A DNA stretch of 24,000 nucleotides from Culicoidibacter larvae. GTDB taxonomy: Bacteria; Bacillota_I; Bacilli_A; Culicoidibacterales; Culicoidibacteraceae. A program made the position numbers and the translations under genes. Of this stretch, positions 21,601-24,000 are shown in pieces. The notes under the pieces are model-generated. The model saw nothing but the letters and a program-made list of their open reading frames with translations, searched no databases and was not told the DNA's origin. Every line of letters starts with the position of its first letter. Position 1 is the stretch's first letter. The stretch lies in NCBI RefSeq assembly GCF_005771635.1, contig NZ_VBWP01000006.1, forward strand, positions 128,470 through 152,469, given 5' to 3'.

Positions 21601-24000
21601 ATATTTTGGAATTGGCACTAAAGCCGTGTAGCCATTAATTGTTTGACCTGAATTATTGGTTACCGTTAACTGGTACTTCGCATCACCACTTGGATTCAAA
21701 TCAATGATTGATTGATTAGTATCATAATCATAACTCACCCATGGTCCATCATCAAGATTCGCTGCTGTTGTTACCAAGAAACTTTTTTGTGCTTCAATTT
21801 TAAAAACTTTCCCTGACGATAATGAAACCAGATTAGTTGCCGGATTATTTTTCCCGGTTACATTAAACTTATCTTTAATTAGATAAGTAAAATAACTCCC
21901 ACCATTGCTGAATGTCATTGTATCATCAAGTGGTGTCACCATAATAAAATCCTGTGTCGGAATTGATGTTGTTGGTGCAGAAGGCTTGATTTTGAAATCA
22001 TATTTTATTGTTGCCTCCGGATAAGCTGAAGTAATAGTATCAGGATTACCCGTACCTAAAATAACATCCGGCAACTCTAATTTATAAAATTTATTATTAG
22101 TATTATCAACACCTTCTATTGCAGTTAAACTGCCATCACTGGTTTGATAGGTATTACCGTTCCAAGTCACCTTTATCGTATTGACATCAATGGTTGCATA
22201 CTCTGTATTACGCACATAGAAAGCGATTCCGTTTAATCTACGAACCATGTTAAAACTATACCGATAATTTGAATATCCCGTTGCTAAGGTAACTGAATGT
22301 TTGTCTCCACTTTTCTTGCTCACATCCAAGGTCTGTCCATACAAACCTAATGTTGCCGAATAACCATCACTTGGTGATGAAACCGTAATTGTCTGAGTTT
22401 TATTGGTGAAAACATTGGCATCATTGCCAGTCTCGAAGATTGTCAATGATGCATCGTATTGACGATTGGCCGGCATTACAAGAACCTTGCCGTAATATTT
22501 AATTATTGCGTCGCCAAAATATGAAATATCAGTGAACTGAACATTTGAGTTCCACCCTGCTGCAAAACTCCCGGTAAAGTCCCAGGCTAATTCCGTGATA
22601 TATTCATTACTATTGGTAATTCCTAAACTATCCTTTGAAAGGGTTACATAATTGTTTGCACCGGAAACTGTTTGTACAGCTGTTGCCAATGTATATGTAT
22701 TTCCAAGATTGGTTTTTGCTTTAATATTATCTGCTTTTATCTGGCTTGGTAACTTTAAAGTTACTTGTTCAACCCCGTATGTACTGCTATAAGCACTAAA
22801 ATCCAATTTTGCTGACTGATTGCTGATTGTGCTTGCGCTCTTATTACCTAACATCATATTTCCAAGCAAATTCATACTTGCATCTTCATCTTGAATCGCA
22901 ATAGAATGATTATTAGCATTTACATCTAAACTTGCGACTGCATTCGGATCGGAAACACCAATTACATTAACTTCACCTTGAGTGTAAAGATTACCAGTAT
23001 GTACAGTCCCATCAATTCTGGTAATTGAGTTTGGATACCCTGGAATTGTTGCTGGTACACTAAACACAGTATAATTACCAAGTGCAATATCATTTGGTAA
23101 AGTATAATCATAATAAAGTGTTGCTGTTGTACTAAAATTTGTAGCCGTAATAGTCAAAATATCAAAGTCTGCATTACTGGCATCAGGTGTAACTGTATAT
23201 GCTACACTACCATTGCTGATTCTTACTCCGCTTAAACCAATATGTTTATTAATTCGTACATTATAAACAAGCTCTTTGATTGCTCCAGGTTGAGCACCAT
23301 TTTTGAAATTATATGCGTAAATATAGAGTGGCAATCCTGTAGTTGTTGTTCCGCTGTTGCCAGGATTCTTAAACTGAATTCCTTTTTGTTCAAACCCAAC
23401 CCAAACACTATCAGCATTAGTAATGGTTATATTGTCAATTTTAGCAGTGCTGTTCTCTTTTTCAACACCATTTTCAGTATATGAAGTGCGTACATCAACA
23501 ACATCATTAAAACTCTCAGCTGCACCATTATACATCCGCACTGAATAAGTCGGACTCATTTCAAATTGCATATCCATAATTACACTTGGTGCTCCTGGAT
23601 TAATCGCATATACCAAGGTAGCTTTGCCGGTTAGTACACCATTCACCTTTTCAGGTGTATAGGTAGCATTACCAATTGCCCCTTTTAATTGATCGGCAAG
23701 TTCATTCTTATCAAATACCCAACCATTATTGGCATTTTTAACCATTCCAGGCGCTCCGGCTAATTGCAGAACATTATTGAGTTTCACTTCAATCGTTGCT
23801 CCGCTCACCTGAACACTATCCGGAAATGATTCAGAAATACTTAACGTTCTTGCTGAAGCAGCAATATCCTTTGGAGCATATGAAAAACTTGGATTTGTTG
23901 ACAGATCCTTGCCATCAAAAACTGCGAATGCACTTTGCACAGTTGGCGCATCACCCAGCAACTGTCGCGTTCCTTGAACACCTATCGAATCTGATTCATC
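18628..24000 (-). CDS. Giant cell-wall-anchored surface protein (partial, more than 1790 aa; 5' end beyond the right window edge)
   Basis: The track starts this ORF at TTG 23961. The frame stays open to position 24000 (upstream codons read DESDSIGVQGTRQ with no stop), so the true start lies outside the window. Domain order: unrecognised N/T/S-rich region, SdrD-B-like domain, eight Listeria-Bacteroides-type repeats, a ~115-aa C-terminal domain, then the sorting signal. Confidence 0.9.
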   Translation of the reverse strand, partial: DESDSIGVQGTRQLLGDAPTVQSAFAVFDGKDLSTNPSFSYAPKDIAASARTLSISESFPDSVQVSGATIEVKLNNVLQLAGAPGMVKNANNGWVFDKNELADQLKGAIGNATYTPEKVNGVLTGKATLVYAINPGAPSVIMDMQFEMSPTYSVRMYNGAAESFNDVVDVRTSYTENGVEKENSTAKIDNITITNADSVWVGFEQKGIQFKNPGNSGTTTTGLPLYIYAYNFKNGAQPGAIKELVYNVRINKHIGLSGVRISNGSVAYTVTPDASNADFDILTITATNFSTTATLYYDYTLPNDIALGNYTVFSVPATIPGYPNSITRIDGTVHTGNLYTQGEVNVIGVSDPNAVASLDVNANNHSIAIQDEDASMNLLGNMMLGNKSASTISNQSAKLDFSAYSSTYGVEQVTLKLPSQIKADNIKAKTNLGNTYTLATAVQTVSGANNYVTLSKDSLGITNSNEYITELAWDFTGSFAAGWNSNVQFTDISYFGDAIIKYYGKVLVMPANRQYDASLTIFETGNDANVFTNKTQTITVSSPSDGYSATLGLYGQTLDVSKKSGDKHSVTLATGYSNYRYSFNMVRRLNGIAFYVRNTEYATIDVNTIKVTWNGNTYQTSDGSLTAIEGVDNTNNKFYKLELPDVILGTGNPDTITSAYPEATIKYDFKIKPSAPTTSIPTQDFIMVTPLDDTMTFSNGGSYFTYLIKDKFNVTGKNNPATNLVSLSSGKVFKIEAQKSFLVTTAANLDDGPWVSYDYDTNQSIIDLNPSGDAKYQLTVTNNSGQTINGYTALVPIPKYGEQTALTSGSDPFESGYHLQKEAFGWTTSLLEEINTSAANLDYQVLYATTYETERNSPNFVAWDAIANKDDIRMVKIFTDNPIVDGTVDVIDFPLALTDPLADAHAGNLNIYSARIFRSIDGNESYKASEPIAIRLKTGIVTGVVFDDANRNGLQDAGENGRNGVSVIAYEAGTTTQLATATTQTFNGVNGVYKFMGLDKNQNVDIVFGNPNTDDSTRFSPVTSGGSTPTATGDHLKAKTANITPSTLMATTINAGLITPTEVTMDAQGGLTADSVIKRYPGETIVSEPAVTREGHTFIGWFTAATGGSKITFPYTVGTQDTTLYAQYTVNQYTLSYDVTTNGGESSVPAAETINYGTKATKPADATRTGYTFTGWFTAASGGTAWDFNTTTMPAANTTLYAQFSINTYTTTFNNDGVETTSDVVYGGTITEPAAPSKEGYTFNGWFTAATGGTQWNFSTGTMPANNMTLYAQYSVNAYTLSFDIATNGGSGTAPTAQTINYGVKATKPADPSKTGYSFAGWFDAATDGNAWDFDTKTMPANNVTLYAQFSVDSYTVTFNNDGATTTESVTYGALVPKPVNPTKLGYTFNGWFDAQTGGNEWNFSTDTMPTNNVTLYAQYSANTYTLTFDAKGGSAVTAINAATDTPIDIDANVTTKAGYTFLGWYDINDTQVTGTITMYPYNATLTAKWQGIDQTISLDVNNGDVTSVPTSIVQPTGSAVNLDTVVPTRAGYSFIGWFDTSDVQHSGSFAMPAGGLQLKAKWTAADQVITFNTHGGTGVDSIVAPTDSMVDISSLSSDQWSYGFQGWFDANGVRYSGSFTMPAGGLQLQAKWQDYIADGVWTISANDFQVSYADLKAFIANGTLEAELLNRSGSAALDHNLNTTLTPLRISNIAKLTESPQSGKFELEVAYTDPNAAIANNSTSRILYNTNERVLNTTFTVTVVEEQSLDNTDALASTGQNTLYFIIIGAIVALAGLVLLIIKKKRHNQ
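18631..18735 (-). other. C-terminal cell-wall sorting signal with the non-canonical motif LASTG
   Basis: DNTDA-LASTG-QNTLYFIIIGAIVALAGLVLLII-KKKRHNQ. The motif (TTA GCA AGT ACC GGG at 18721-18735) is followed by a hydrophobic helix and a basic tail. Confidence 0.7.
19102..20817 (-). repeat. Eight tandem Listeria-Bacteroides-type repeats (Flg_new-like), 70-76 aa each
   Basis: The core G(Y/H)(T/S)F.GW(F/Y)....G.......MP..N.TLYAQ(Y/F)..N.YT occurs 5 times (aa 1049-1409 of the track ORF). Three diverged units ending in ...LTAKW / LQLKAKW / LQLQAKW follow (aa 1410-1621). Confidence 0.8.
20962..21192 (-). other. SdrD-B-like / Cna-B-like domain
   Basis: GIVTGVVFDDANRNGLQDAGENGRNGVSVIAYEAGTTTQLATATTQTFNGVNGVYKFMGLDKNQNVDIVF. 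The pattern G.V..D.N.NG..D.GE.G..GV.V.L.......T.T...G.Y.F..L is typical of SD-repeat protein B domains. Confidence 0.6.

Noticed and set aside
1-24000. Mobile elements, prophage, defence or toxin-antitoxin systems
   Set aside because: No transposase, integrase, recombinase, nuclease, helicase, methyltransferase or small paired ORFs were recognisable on either strand. No terminal inverted repeats or tRNA attachment sites were seen.

Overview
All recognisable genes in this 24-kb window lie on the minus strand. The context looks like a low-GC Gram-positive (Bacillota-like) genome: AGGAGG-type ribosome-binding sites (RBS), LPXTG-type anchors and PTS sugar transporters. No tool or database search was possible, so family calls rest on motifs read from the translations and on recall of characterised homologues.

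Contents in transcription order (right to left):
(1) 18628-24000: a giant wall-anchored surface protein of more than 1790 aa. Its 5' end runs off the right edge. It has an unrecognised N-terminal region of about 920 aa, an SdrD-B-like domain, eight Listeria-Bacteroides-type repeats and a non-canonical LASTG sorting signal.
(2) 15286-18554: a trehalose PTS operon (treP EIIBC, treC phosphotrehalase) whose promoter is overlapped by two palindromic operators.
(3) 15004-15282: a decayed LPVTG sorting-signal remnant.
(4) 12552-14820: an orphan lactose/cellobiose-family PTS EIIC, a small membrane protein and a DUF1905/YdeI-like protein.
(5) 3477-12497: the most interesting part. This nine-gene locus reproduces the complete E. 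coli orphan gene set yhfS, yhfT, yhfU, php, yhfW, yhfX, yhfY, yhfZ and adds a compact, divergent amidase-signature protein. It is arranged as two transcription units, and its leader carries a perfect 24-bp palindrome. As far as I know this gene set has no assigned substrate or pathway.
(6) 1-3259: a second large secreted protein with 12 tandem DUF5011-type Ig-like domains. It is absent from the supplied ORF track because it has no stop codon inside the window.

No tRNA or rRNA genes, CRISPR arrays, transposases, integrases or recognisable defence genes were seen.
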